Source: Mustelus asterias (taxonomy: Eukaryota). Taken from it: DNA of 64,000 bases. The notes under the pieces were generated by a model. It saw only the letters and a list, made by a program, of their open reading frames with translations, had not been told where the DNA came from and did no database searches. Position 1 is the first letter of the stretch. Every line of letters begins with the position of its first letter. A program made the translations under genes and the position numbers. Below are positions 46,461 to 60,525 of this stretch, one piece after another. The DNA is taken from positions 930,001-994,000 of the forward strand of contig NC_135823.1 of the NCBI RefSeq assembly GCF_964213995.1, given 5' to 3'.

Positions 46461-48465
46461 CCCATACAATAGACAAATTGAGCCGTCACTGAGGATGTTC
46501 AAGAGTGGAGTTATTGGATGGGAGCATGTTCAGGAGTCGGGTTCTTGGATGGTCGCGAGTAAGTAGGGGAGGCGATGGCGAGTGGCGTTATCGCTGGACG
46601 AGTAATCCAGAAACTCTACCAATGTTCTGGGGACCCGGATTCGAATTCGTACACGGCCGATGGTAAAATCTGCGTTTAATTTAAAAAAAACAATCTGGAA
46701 TTACGAATTTGATGACCATGCAACAATTCTCGATTATCGAAAAAAAATCATTTGATTCACGAATGCCCTTTGGAGGAGAAAATCTGCCGTTATTGCCAGA
46801 TCTCGGCTGCAAATAACTCCAGAGCCACAGCAATATGGTTGAGCCTCAACTGCCCTCTGGCAACTAATGACGTGCAATAAATGCTGTTCAGCCAATGACT
46901 CCCATGTCCCACGAATGAATAAAAAGAAAGTAGATACATATTCAGAGTTTAATCATGCGCGATAATTATGTGAACGGCAAGTATGTGGTCAAACCAGTAT
47001 AATCCAGAAACTGTTATTTAAACAGGATTGTCTGTGAAATAAATTGATGTGCTTGCTTTCCAGAACTGTGCTTAGAAATAGCGATCATTATTTATTTTGC
47101 CCACCAGTTCATATTAAAGAGAAGGCTTTGGATAATTGGGAACACAGTTACTTTTTCAGTTTCGAATTGAGAACTTAACTAGACCTGTGTTCGTTCAGCA
47201 TGTATCACTTCTGGTATACTAATTTCAAAGTTCCCTTGCGTTGTCTCACCATGGCGTCAAGAAATTCTCCAACAAAGTTGCAGTTTCTTGCGTTTCACAG
47301 CGCCACCAATGTTGTGTCGAAAGTGAAGTTTTCAGCACGCTCTCGGGCTTTTGGACAACGTATTCTCAGATTTTACTTTTATAGTTCGGAAAGTCAGCTT
47401 CTAAAACTTCTGCTCGACCTTCCAGTTTGCTCTCGAACTTGTTTTTGTTAAAAAAAAAAGCCATGAAAACTTCAGGACATAGATTAAAGATGATTTAACT
47501 AAAGCAGCAACAGCGTCATTATGTAAAATTCACTTTATTCCACATCGCCATTTTTTAAGAGTTGGATTGCGCTGTCTGAGGGTGTGAAGGATACCTCTTC
47601 AATCGAGGTTTTCCAATCAGTATTGGGCCATTTTCTGGCGCGAACTAAAAGCTGTGCTCGGAGAAAAGTCATTGGAGTGGAGCGAATGGTGCTGCTGTTC
47701 GAGAAAAGGCAAAGGAAAATAGGACATAGGAACAGTAAAACAGGAAGAGAAATTTCAACCCGTTCAGATGGCCCTGATATTCCGTTGGATCAAGCGTCAT
47801 TACGACATCATCCACAATTTCCAACAGGATCACAATTTCCCTTGATGTTATTCATCACGAGAAGTCGAGCGGCTTCTGGCTTGAACATTTCCGGTGACTG
47901 AGTTTTGGAAATTCTCTCGTGCTGAATATTCCAAAGATTCATCACCACGAGTGGATAAATGTCTCATCTTCCCTGTCCAAAATCTCCATTCTATATCCTG
48001 TGAACATCCGCCCCTCCCCCACCTCCTCCCATCCCCGCCCAGGTAACTGATTCATCAAACACGGGAAACCTTATGCACACTGGAAGAGCTTAATATGCAA
48101 CAATAACGGATCACATAATTCTTCAAAATTGGCGGGAATATAGATGCTGTCTCATTAAACTCTCCTCAGACAAATCCCTGTCCCTAGCATTGACCAATTA
48201 AACATCCATTGCACGACTTCTATGGGACGCACGTCAGAACTTAAGGAAGAGGGACAGAACTGGACGCAAAACTCCAGGCGAGTTCTCAGCAAGGCCCGAT
48301 ACAAATGCAGCAAGACATCCTGACAACTGATAAAAAATCCCCTCGCGATGAAGTCTTCCAAAGCTTCGAAGGTTTCCGACTTGCTTTCTGCAGCTACACG
48401 CTGTAACTCGTGAACAAGGACACCTTGGTCCCGTTATATTGTCGCAATTGGCAATTTCTCATTTG

Positions 48466-49600
48466 ACATATAAACATGGAACATAAGAGCAGGAGGAAGC
48501 CATTTTGCCCTTCGAGCCTGCTCCGCTATTAATCACGTTATGGCTGACCGTCCAACTCAATAGCCTAATCCTGCTTTCTACCGATAACCATTGACCCCAT
48601 TCTCCCCAAGTGCCATGTCAAGCCGCCTCTTTAATACATTCAATGTTTTGACATCAATTATGCCCTGTGGTAATGAATTCCACAGGCTCACCACTCATTG
48701 GGTGAAGGAATGTTTCCTCATCTCTGTCTTAAATTGTCTGCACCGAATCCATTCACTGGAAACTCTGGTTCTGTACTCCCCCACCATCGGGAACATCTTA
48801 ACTGCATTTACCCTGACTGGTCCGGTTAGGATTTTATCGGTCTCTATTAGATCCCGCCTCCCCCCCCCCCTTCTCCCCCCCCTCCCCCCCCCCCCCCCCC
48901 CCCCCCCGCTCCCCCGCCTTCATTCGTCTGGACTCCTGCGAAGACAATCCTAACCTAGTCAATCTCTCCTCATACATCAGTCCCGCCATCCCCGGATTCA
49001 GCCTGGTAAACCTTTGCTGCTCTCCTTCGATTGCAAGGACATCCTTCATCAGAAAAGGAGACCAGAATCTGCACCCAATGTTCTAGGTATGCCTCACGAA
49101 GACACGGGAAAATTGCAACACAACCCTGCTCCTGTATTCGAAACCTCTCGCAATGAAGGCCAGCATACCATTTAACTTCTTTACCCCCTGCTGCACCTGC
49201 ATGCTCACCTTCAGCGTCTGGTGCATAAGGACACCCAGATCCCCTTGCACACTCCCCTCTCTCAATTTAAAGCCATTCGTTGTAGTCTGCCTTCTCAGTT
49301 TTGCTTCCAAAGTAAATGACCTAACACTTATTCAAATTATACTGCATCTGCCATTGGCTTGCCACTCAACCACCTGTCCAGATCTCGCTGAATGATCTAT
49401 GCATTCGCGTTACAGTTCCCCTTCCCACCTATACTGGTACCATCTGCAAAGTTTGAGATGTTTCATGTTGTTCCCTCATTAATATATATTGTGTGGAGCT
49501 GGGGTCGCAATATCTGGGACCCCACTAGTTACTGCTTGCCAATTTGGAAAGGACCCATGGATTCCTACTCTTTGTTTCCTCTTTGCCTACCAGTTTTCTA
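48466..49600 (-). mobile_element. CR1 LINE 3' fragment, post-duplication insertion with poly-C tract
   Basis: DLGVLMHQTLKVSMQVQQGVKKLNGMLAFIARGFEY; absent from the paralogous site at ~18193. Confidence 0.85.
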
Positions 49601-49609
49601 TCCATCCTT

Positions 49610-50322
49610 CAGCCCTCCAAGTCCGCGCCGCTTCCAGGTCCAAACTACACCATTCTTTTGTATCCCTCCACTCCCACTCCGTTCATGTGGCTATCTAGAG
49701 AAGTCTTAAATGTTCCCAGTGTGTCCGCCTCCACCACCTTGCCCGGCAGCGCATTCCAGGCCCCCACCACGCTCTGCGGAAAATACGTCCTTCTGATATC
49801 CGTGTTAATCATCCCCCACCTCACCTTGAACCTATGACCCCTCGTGATCGTCACCACCGACCTGGGAAAAAGCTTCCCAGCGTTCACCCTATCTATGTCT
49901 TTCATAATTTTATACACCTCTATTAGGTCACCCCTCATCCTCCGTATTTCCAGTGAGAACAACACCAGTTTAACCAATCTCTCCTCATAACTTAGCCCTT
50001 CCATACCAGGCAACATCCTGGTAAACCTCCTCTGTACTCTTTCTAAAGCCTCCACGCCCTTCCGGTAGTGTGGCGACCAGAACTGGGCGCAGTATCCCAA
50101 ATGCGACCGAACCAACGTTCTATACAACCGCAACATCAGGCCCCAACTTTTATACTCTATGCCCTGTCCTATAAAGGCAAGCATGCCAGATGCCTCATTC
50201 ACTACCTTCTCCACCTGTGACGTCACATTCAAGGATCTGTGGACTTGCACACCCAGGTCCCTCTGCGTATCTACACCCTTTATGGTTCTGTCTTTTATCG
50301 TATAGCTCCCCCGTACGTTGGC
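49610..50322 (-). mobile_element. Young 5'-truncated CR1 LINE (uninterrupted ~225-codon ORF2 C-terminus)
   Basis: ORF 49645-50355: DLGVQVHRSL..LYRTLVRSHLGYCAQFWSPHYRK..ERVQRRFTRMLPG..TRGHRFK; no stops or frameshifts. Confidence 0.92.
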
Positions 50323-51334
50323 AGATTCAGAAACAATCTGCCTTTCGGTAATCATTTGTCGAAGTGTAAGTTGGAATTCAGACCAATGGCCGACAGGGCA
50401 TTTCGCTATTCTGTACGTGTGACAAGATTCTAAAGAGGAACGTTAACATCATTACATGGAAATATGGAAAATAGAACCTATCCGGCCTGTCAAGCCTGCT
50501 TGGCCATTCATTTTGATCATGGGTATTCATCAAATTCAATAGCCTTACACCTCCTAACCCACATATCCCTTACTTCTTCGTGCCCCAAGTGTTATATCTA
50601 ATTTCTACTTTAAATCACACATTGGTTTACCCTCAGATAATTTCTGTGGGAGTTAATTCAACATATTTACCATTTCTTGAGTGAACAAATTTCTCCTCAC
50701 CTCAGTCCTAAAAGGTTACCCTCAAAATATGACTACTGGTTCTCGTCTCTCCCATCATTGGGAACTGTCTTTCTGCATCGGCCCTGTTTAACTCAGTGAT
50801 AATTTTATGTTAAAGGAATATGAGAGGCAGGTGTTCATAAGCTTTGTCAAGTAGTTAGGTTTAAGGATCATCTTAAAGAGAGAGAGAGGCTGAACGATTT
50901 AAGGATAGAAGTCCAGAGCTCAGGTGCGAGTCAGCTGATTACATAGCTGGCAAATTTGGAGTGATGGAAATTGATGGTTATGAAAGAGACCAGATTCGAT
51001 TCCAATCAAATTTCCGGAGTAGTTAGAGCACACTGGATTGCTAATCTCAATTTCGTTCGTGAGCCTTCGGCAGAAAATCCACGCCATCACACCAGTGCGA
51101 TGAGAAGATGTCTTTAGGACGAGGCGTTAAGATCAGGCCCTGCCTGCCATTCTGGTGAAAAAGTAAATGTGCGAAATGACCCTGTATCAAAAGGGAGCAA
51201 GGATAGCTTTCTGGATTAATATTTACTGCTTGTCAATGAGGAGGCGATGACCGAATGGTATTATCGCTGGACAAAAATCCAGAAATATACCAAATGTTCT
51301 GGTAGCACAGGTCTAAATCCTGCCACGGTAGGTA

Positions 51335-51735
51335 TTTTCTGTGGAATGGCGGAGACTGAGGGGAGTCCTGATTGAAGGCTATAAAATTATGAGAGGCATA
51401 GATAGGGTTGACCGTCAGGATATTTTCTCATAACTGAAACGTCTCATACTTGGAATGTGCACTGAAGATGAGAGGGGAAATTGCAAAGGAGCTTTGAGCA
51501 GCAAGGTTTTTTACACAGAGTGTGATTAGTGTCTGGAAAGCGCTGACACTGGTGGTCGTGCAGAGAGATATGATCAGGGCGTTTCAGTGGCTTTTAGATA
51601 GGTACTTGAATATGCAAGAAATAGAGGGGCATGGACTAAGGGCAAGTAGAAGCGATTAGTTTTATTTGGCGTCGTGGTCGGCACAACATCGTGGGGTGAA
51701 GGGTCTGTTCCTATGGTGTAATGTTCTATGTTGTA
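51335..51735 (+). mobile_element. CR1 LINE 3' fragment nested in a SINE
   Basis: CR1 C-terminus and 3' UTR between SINE head (51240-51330) and SINE body (51745-51875). Confidence 0.7.
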
Positions 51736-52382
51736 ATTTGCTTTTAAAAAAATCTGAAATTAAGAATCGACTGATAATTGTCGATTGTTGTGAAGACCCA
51801 CCTGGTCCAACACTGCCCTTTAGGGGAGGAATTTGCCCTCTGAATCTGGTCTGGCTTACATGTGGCTCCAGAGCAAGAGTTGATGAACACTGTTCCAGTG
51901 GAATATCCCAAACATAAAGTCCAATCATTTACAATGAACACTGTAGCCAATCTCTGGCAATTGCGCGAGGAACGTTTAGCTGTTTGAAGGGAGTCTACTT
52001 GTCTCCATGTTTATTTCATCGAGGCTGTGTTTGTTTTGGGTAAATCCTCTCTATCTGCTCCATCTGTCCCTTGTAACTCGGCATTACTCCTGTTAAATTT
52101 ACTGAGCACTTTCTTTCATTCTCATTGAACAATGATCTTTCGATTTCTCCTCTCTTGCACTCTTTTTTTCTCTCATTCTCTAACATTTCCCCCGTGTCCT
52201 GTTGAGAAATTGCTCAGCAAGTTCCCTGCTCTTTTACGTTCTGGCAAAATGTCCGAAACGAATTATTGTTTTGGGGGGAAATAGAGAGTTATGGCCATAT
52301 AACAATATGGCCATAACATATAACACTTACATGTTTATTTTCCCACAATTATTTTTGGAGGCTAAAGTTATATTTTTTTCAG

Positions 52383-52528
52383 ATATTCCGGTAACCACGT
52401 CGTGCTTTTTCTCACTTTCCGTGGATTTGTTGGCTGCGGCACTTCTCATTCTGGGATTGATCCTTGTGGCATGGAGAAGGAGCTGCAGGAATCGGCAGAG
52501 AGGTAGTGATTCCTGGGAGACACACTAA
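52383..52528 (+). pseudogene. Orphan paralogous copy of gene A TM exon (no L/V/C exons upstream)
   Basis: DIPVTTSCFFSLSVDLLAAALLILGLILVAWRRSCRNRQR; hand count 99/120 nt identical to gene A TM exon, mostly non-synonymous changes; same acceptor and AG|GTAG donor. Confidence 0.85.
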
Positions 52529-54649
52529 CTCCACTGCGCCCTGAATCCACCAATTTATCACTGAGTTATTGGCACTGTGAACGACATGTGTTAAGTGTCG
52601 CCATTTGGTCAGAGTCCTTTTGCTTTAAACAGACAACGCAAACAGTGATGCGGCCTTGACATGTTCCAGAACAGATCCACAGAATGAAGAGCTATGTTTT
52701 TTTTCCATCAGGCATGGATACTTTTCCCAAATTTTTCAAAATTCATCATGAACACAGATGACTCAAAAAAAACCTCTGCAAGTCTGCCAGCATCTGTGGA
52801 GACAGGAATATTTCGAGCCCTTCGGACATTTATTCAGACTTAATTTAAATCATGGGCCGAATTCTCCAGCCTATCCCGCTGGCGGGGTTTTCCGTTCCCC
52901 GACCTCCACAGCCACGGAAGCTGCACGTTATTGACCTTTTTGTCAAACTTGTTTCCTGTCGTTTGCACTCCGCCGCTGGGGAACTACTGGCCGGTTTTTG
53001 ACTTCGGTGGCACTGGAAGATGCAGCCGTGGGTGGGGGCGGGTGTTAGGGGGGGATGGTGCGGGGCGCGGCCGGGGGGGGGGGGGGGAGGGGGGGCGTGG
53101 TGGGGGCGGGGGTTGATGCAGGGAGCTGCTAGGGATGTTCCACCAAGGAACCAGAACATTAAATTGGGAGTCACGGCGTCCATTTCGGAAAGTTTATTTT
53201 TCACACAATGGGAATAGAATTTTGGAAATCTCTCCGAGGGAAAAAAAAAGCTGGTCAGGCCAATTATCAGTTTCAGTTTGCAAAACTGAGATCGATAGAT
53301 TTATATTAGGGAGTGGATGATCGATGATTCAATATGGGTGTGTGTGTGAGCTAAAATACCTGTCAGCCGTGATCTAGTTGAATAGAATGGAGGGGCTCAT
53401 TGGCCTCACCTATCCCTATAATGATGATGTGGAGTACATTGACAGATCACTTTTCGTCTACAGTCTGTTTAAGCTCGTCTGGCCTTTAACGAGGATCCAA
53501 CACTTTAACTCGAGAGGAAAGAGGGAGAAAGAGAAGTAGAAAACCACATGTTTCCGCTATATCTAGTGTTGTAGCAACGTTCCTCTTGTTGCATGGTAAA
53601 TTTTGTAGGTCTAACCGACGCAAATTCGGACGGATTGGCGGCTCAATTCTGTGATGGCGCCCAAAGAGGTCAATGAATTATCCCGTAATGTCCGCCATTC
53701 CACGACGAAATATCGCCTGCAGGACAATTTCACCTCTTGACGCTTCTAATTTCTTACATCGGTTTTTACAATTCTATTCTGCATTGTGCACAGTCAATTT
53801 GCAATAAATAATTTCACGTATCTGTATCCGAGTTACCAATTTATTGAAAAAAGTTTTAAATACCAATGTAACCTGCATGATTCCAGTTTCTATAAGCGTT
53901 GAGCCCAATGGAATTCCGGTGGCTATTCAGCTAATTAACAAAGACATTTATGGAGTGAAGGTGTGTGCGTTGGAAGTGGGGTTAAGGACTGAAAAGGCCT
54001 TTGAGTAACTGGTTGGGGATTCTCGCTGGATTAATTAAAAGTGCAATGTGAGTGATTCTTGAACTGGTTGTGCACTGGTAGTGAACACAACTGCATTTAT
54101 TGCTGAGACAAGATTATTTGCAACCCATGTTCGCTTTGGATAACACCGCTAAGTGGATTTTAGAGAATCTGAAGAGAGAACTTTACCAACGTACAGCGCA
54201 GGAAGAGCTGTCCCTGTCCGCTGTTTGAATCTACGCTTTTGTCTCACATCCTATCTCTCACAGCATGAACATGAGGATTCTCAGCGATTAAAATTACTAT
54301 TCCTTTTACCCTTGTATATGCTACCAAGTGGAGGCCATTCAGCCGTTCGGGGAATTAATTTCTGCCAAGCAAGAACAACATCTTAACTCCATCCACGCAG
54401 CTCGCATGGATAACTTTACCAAGCTACAAAACGACAATCTATCAATTCCTGTTCTGGCAGTTTCACATTAGCCACTCTCTCAGCAGTTATTTGAAGTTAG
54501 GACTTATAGATTCCCCTCTCCTTAGTTTGAGGAATTGTGAACACGTCGCATCCAAATGCACAGACTCCATTATCTAGCAAGACTACATCCAACCCTGCAG
54601 CCACCATCCCCCACCACACCCACCTGGCCTTGTTCTTGACTCAGCCCAT

Positions 54650-55408
54650 TTTGACGATACAGTGCCTTTCAAAATGTACTTTAATCATGTTGATCTGTAG
54701 GATGTCTCTACCTGTCGCTCGTATCTTTTGGGAACTGTTTTCTCCACAAACGGAATCCTGCATTGTTACTGAACCAGCATAACTTATACCATGTTTGTTT
54801 AAAGCTGAATTAATGCAGTGATCTCTTTTTTGAATGCTCCCCTTGGATTGCAGTGTAGATCTTGATCGGTGTTATCCGAGAGAGAAAGAGAGAGAGAGGG
54901 AGAGAGAGAGAGAGAGAGTGGTCTCCTGTTCTGTCCTTCAGTTCTGAAGTCTCGAAGCTGCCAGAGACTAGATTTCCGTTATTGTTTTGCTGTCTTGAGG
55001 ATATACATTTCTCTGAAAACGGCTGCTTGGATTTCTGTCGATCGATGTTCAAGGCTGGAAGTCTAGTATCGTGTGAGGAAACTTGTTTTTGAGTTAACTA
55101 ATTCAGAAGAGGGGAATATGTCTATGGTATATTACTTTAAATTGGAACAGCAGAGATAGTGAGCTGTTAATAATTATACTGTGCCCTGTTTAGGTCTTGC
55201 AATTGATAAACGCTAAGCTAATGTTGTTGTATTTTAGCTTTCTTCTCAAATAAACTTTTTTTTAATAAAAGCGTCTGAGTAGGTTACTTGTATCATACTC
55301 AGAGTGAAACACCTTATGGTCACGAGAACGCCAAAATCAAATGTAGAACATGGGGTCTAGGCTAACTTCACAAACATTTTAGCTTTCCGTTCTGTGTTTT
55401 CACACAAC
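54650..55408 (+). mobile_element. Putative solo LTR, duplicated copy of 6325-7155
   Basis: Reverse-complement match within the inverted duplication; aataaa at ~55248 and ~55264. Confidence 0.5.
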
Positions 55409-57099
55409 TTACACAGGAAATATTTACTCTCAGATCATCCTGATATACGATTCCACTATTTCAGGAAAATCAGATCGCCCTTTAATCTTCTAACCTCTGG
55501 GGAATACAAGCATATTCTATGCACCTGAATCATCCTTCCCCATTCTCTATGGTACCTTTTGCTTATTTCATCGTCCACTTTTTAAAATATTGACATCCGA
55601 ATAATCACAGTCACTGATTTGCTCCCATTTGTCCAACTTTCTCGATTCATCAGTTGCATCTGTCCTACTTAACCCACAGTGCCTATCCCCTGCAGAATTC
55701 TCAACGGTTGGAGTGACGCCAACGTGTTCTGCGGTGAAACTGAATCGTCATTCCGAACTGAGCATAGTTAGCAGGAAGCACTTAATGTCCCCTTGAGTGA
55801 TAACCTTAATCTTGTTTCTAATTGGTAATGAGAAATTCTTCAGAATTTGCGACTGGAGTCTGGGTTTTGCAGACATTGAAAACACTCTTAAGCTGTTCCC
55901 TGGTATATGTTACCCCTCAGGGAAAATATCTATTAATAACGCCGACGTATTTTGTCGAAAACATTTCCTCAAAATTCATTCCTGGATTATTCGTCGAAAG
56001 AATCTGATTTAAAGGCGTTCCACGTCTGTTTCGATACCTGTGTGATCCCGATAATCTGAAAACGCGTTTTGATGAACATCAGGCATAAAGGATTGCTTGG
56101 GTCAGAACATGGGCGGACCCAGTTCGACCGTTGTAAGAACCAGCTGGCTATTGTATAGCCAGCCTTCTGCCCTCCAGGAAAGACAAGTGTGGGAGGGGAG
56201 ACAATGTAAACATTAAAGTTACTAAAGAATTCGTCAGAGTAGGCGGAAGCAGTTTATGTCCATTTGTGTGGAGTGAACAGGATGAACTACTGGGAGTATA
56301 ATATCGTCATTAATAAAGATAACAGTGAATTCACGAAGAAAGTTTTTACTCAGTGCGTGGGGATGATGTGGAAGTCGTTCCCACAGTGTGCCGATCAGCC
56401 GACATGCATTCAATGTGGAAACTGGATAATCTCAGGAAAGAGAAAGGAATACAATGGTGGGTTACTGGCGGGGGTGGGCGGGATGTGGGGATGGTGGTTT
56501 GGGGATGGCGGCGGTTATATAGATGTTGGAGGAAGTGCCTGTTCAGCATAACGACTCGCCCGAAGGAGACACCCATACCCCGCTAATCAAGACGTGTGAT
56601 TATGATACAAAGAGAACGGGAGAATTATTCTCGGTGAAACCGTTATTAAAACATTCTGAACCATTCTTCATTTGGTTCGTGTTTGCTGAAATTGGAATAC
56701 AGTAGGGTCTCAGAAATAGATTGAACGCAACATTCTGGTATCCCGTGTGCTCATTCGAATTTCATAAACATTCGTGTTGCTGAATTCAACAAGACTGGCT
56801 TTTCAACATAGTTTTGATCAGTCGTAATGCGTATTCAGCACGAGCTGGAAGATATTTCTCGTTGCAGACTGAGCTGTGCAAGGGCTCTTAATCTATAAAC
56901 AGGAAACGCTGAACCACAATTCACACTGCTCTCACGTTTCCAGTGAGCCACTTTTCACCGCAGCACGTTGTCTCTGCAAAACGTACGTTTTCACCATGTC
57001 TTCCGATCCCTTGTGTAACCGCAGCCCACCAACTTTATAACACCCTGAACGTTGTAGCATCTCTTTGCAGGTCTGTGTTTTCATCACCCCTCCTTTCGA

Positions 57100-57490
57100 G
57101 TAGCGCAGCGACCAGCCTCTCATCCATTGGCTCTGACTACACTTCCCGCTGCCTCGGCAAAGCAGCCAGGATACTTAAGGACCCCACGCACGCCGGGCAT
57201 TCTCTCTTCCACGTTCTTCCTTCGGGAAAAAAATATACAAAAGTCTGAGGTCACGTACCAATCGACTCAAGATCAGCTTCTTCCCTGTTGCTGTCAGACA
57301 TTTGAGTGGACTTACCTTGCATTAAGATGATTTTTCTCTGCACCCTAGCTATGAATGTAACACTACATTCGGTATTCTTTCGTTTCATTCTCTATGAACG
57401 TTATGTTTTGTCTGTATAGCACGCAAGAAACTATACTTTTCACTGTATGTTAATGCATGTGACAGTAATAAATCAAATCAAATCAAATCA
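57100..57490 (+). mobile_element. Rex1/Babar-like LINE 3' fragment, copy-specific insertion
   Basis: YTSRCLGKAARILKDPTHAGHSLFHVLPSGK and (aaatc)n tail; absent from paralogous sites ~3860 and ~40965. Confidence 0.75.
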
Positions 57491-59269
57491 TTTGCAAGTT
57501 AGAACCACTGCGATAGTAAGTCCAATAGAAAATTAAGCCACTACCTAATTTCTATAACTGGAATTTCATGATGAAAGAATGAATCATTTGCAGCTGATCA
57601 GAAGCGAACAGGGGAAACATTCACCAATATATCTACTGGGAGGTTCTGCTCTTCTGAGCTGAGAATGATTCCACATCCACCATTGAAAAAAAAACTTTTG
57701 CCTTTTTTTTTATTCTATTGACAGAAAGCCATTATCAGTTTTGGAAACTTCAGCCACGTTTAGGGTGGCAAAATGAAAGAAATTCACGTCTTAAATGGAG
57801 GTCATGAGGAGAGAAGACCGTTGCCCAACCTATGTACAGGGACTTATCAGTATCCACTCTGCGTAAGGAACTCTGGAGTGGCTGCACACCAGAGGAAAAT
57901 GGTCACTCAGAGGCAGTTAGCTGAGTGACAAGTTTTAATGATTATTTGAGGATGGACACGAGTAAATAGGAGCAGGGCGGATGGAAACGTTTAAATTGAA
58001 TTAATTGACGCAAATATATTAAAATCTAATCTGATCCATGGCGACCATGAACAATATGATCGATCACTGATCTATCTCTTTTCTGGAAAATAATCGACTG
58101 TCTATATCTGGTATGGTCTATATGTGACGCCAGAACAGTACCAGCAAATCACTGATTTCTAGGGTGGGAGGAAAACCTGGAATTGCAATCAATGCAAGGT
58201 CATACGAAAATTGAACATTGTGATTTCTGACCAGCATAGCTGAGTCAGAAAAAAATAGTTCTGCATTTCAGTCCATGCCGAAGACGCAATTTCAGAATGG
58301 TACAATGTGGTCACAGACACTTCAGAAAAGGGGCATAGTCAGCAGCTCCAGCCTGTTCTCTCTTCCAGTCGCATAGCGGCTGATCCGAATTTTCATTTCA
58401 TCTCCCAGGCTTGGTTCAGTGCTCACCTCCCCAACAAAAATCAGTTTCAAAATACTCAACTGACATCACTCATCGACATCAACATAAAGAGTCCCAGCTA
58501 TGTGCGAAGAAAAGTGTGCTACCCTGCCTTTACTGCATTTCTAATTTACTGGGCCATGCGAACTAAAGTAACGAGGACTATAATATTGAGAGATCATACC
58601 TTTCTGTGGAATGAGTAACTTTTCAGTCAATAGTTTCGAAAGTTTCCTTTCCTGGTTTTCCAAGCTTTCCAGGCTTGCAATATGGCTTTGCTCACAGGTG
58701 ACGCTGCTTTCCTTCAGCGCAAATGTCTCCAGCCAACCTGTGCCTGAGCAGTGCACTGTCTTTTTCATTCAAAAATGGTCAACATAAATAATTTTGAACT
58801 GATATTCGAAGCACTGAGGGATAATTAATGGGGGAGTGCGAGATCTGCTCCAAAATGATGTTTGTGCTTTCAACATCACATTGTCCAGGAAATGGCTGAA
58901 CCTGCTGGGGGGCAGTAACAGTGCTTGCAAAGGAAACTGCTCAAGACAATGGGACCCAAATGTCAGGAAGAGAAATATAATTTAACAATGCATAATGAAG
59001 ATTTATTTGTCCTGACGTGGGTTAAAGTCACTCAGTCAGACTTTAATACAATACGCTCTCTGATCTGGAGCAGATAAATTGAGATGGGAACTTGAAATTC
59101 ATCAGCATAAAGCCCTTTACTCAGTGCTGACGGACGGAACAGATGTCATCGTAGCGAGAAAAAAATCCGAAAATTACAGGCAATTGAGTTCAACTCCAGT
59201 GCCAGGGAAACGGGAGGAAAAAAATCTGAGGGATAGAATTAATCCCCTTTCGGAGAGACACGGATAAAT

Positions 59270-60525
59270 CAAGGATACTCAGCATGGTTTTGTCAAAGGA
59301 AATCATGCCACACAATTTCAGCTGAATTGTTCAATGAGGTGATGATGTGTGTAGATGCGGGCAGTGCAGTTGAAGTAGTCTACTTGAAGTAGACTTCAGT
59401 AAGGATTTTGAGCAGATCCCACATGGGAAGCTAATGAAGAAGGTTGGAGCCAATGAGATCCAATCAATTTTGCAAACTGGATCCAAAATTATTTCTGAGG
59501 CAGGAGGCAGTGTGTAATGGTGGAATGTTGGTTTTGTGACTGGAAGCTCTGTCCAGTCGTGTTCCACAGGGATAGGTGTTGGGATCCTTTTTGTTTGTAG
59601 TGTTCACTAATGATCTAGACGTGAATGTAGGAGGTATGATATGTACGTTCGCGAATGACACAGTCATTGGTGGTGTGTAAATAGTATGGAGCCTTCTTGC
59701 TGTAGAAGGGCTGGTCAGATGGTTTGAAGAGCGGCAAATTGAATTTAATGTAATAAATTTGAGGTTTTGCATTTTGGGAAAAACAACAAGGCAGGGGAAT
59801 ATACAATGAACGCCTGGACCAGGGCAATAACATAGGATCAGAGGGACTTTAATGTGCATATACATAGATCTGAGAAGACAGCAGGAGATGTAGATGAGGT
59901 GGTTCAGAAGGCATATGATGGAAACTTGACTTTATTAAACGAGATGTTGAATATGATAGCAGAGAAGATTTGATGGAGCTGTACGAAATACTATTTAGTA
60001 GTTTATAGCTGGAATAATGTGTGCAGTTCTCGTCACCACACTACAGGAAGTATTTGACTGAACGAGGGACGGTGCAGAGATTCACCAGGATGCTGCTTGG
60101 GTTGGGACTGGATAGGCTAGGGTTGGTTCCTTGGAGGAGACAAGGCTGAGTGGAGACCTGATTGTGGTTGGACAATTATGGGTGGCATTGATAGGGTGGA
60201 TAGGAAGGAACTTTTCCCCTTTAGCGAAGGGGTCAATAACCAACGTGGTGCATTGATTTAAGCTTGGAGGAGGACGTTTATAGGATATGTGAGGAAAAGC
60301 TGTTTTGCCCGGAGGGTTGTGGGAATCTGGAGCTCACTGCCTGAAAGTGTGGTAGAGGTGGGGGCCCTCACTACATTTCAGAAGCATTTAGATGGGCACT
60401 TGAAACGCCTTAGTATACAAGGCTATGGCGCAAGTGCTGGAAAATGGGATTAGAATAAATAGGTGTTTGATGGCTGGCGTGGAGACGATGGGCCGAAGGG
60501 CCTCGCTCCGTGCTGTGACTCTATG
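59270..60525 (+). mobile_element. CR1 LINE fragment
   Basis: Degenerate RT through 3' UTR; paralogue of 43000-44010. Confidence 0.8.

Larger units (their letters stand above)
46320..57870. repeat. Segmental duplication: inverted homologue of ~3470-19990 (gene A unit) lacking ~10970-17400
   Basis: Collinear reverse-complement matches: 46320-48465 vs 19990-18195; 50326-50800 vs 18192-17400; 52045-57870 vs 10970-3470. Confidence 0.88.

Noticed and set aside
49645-50355. 236-aa ORF as a host gene
   Set aside because: It is the C-terminus of CR1 ORF2 in a 5'-truncated insertion.
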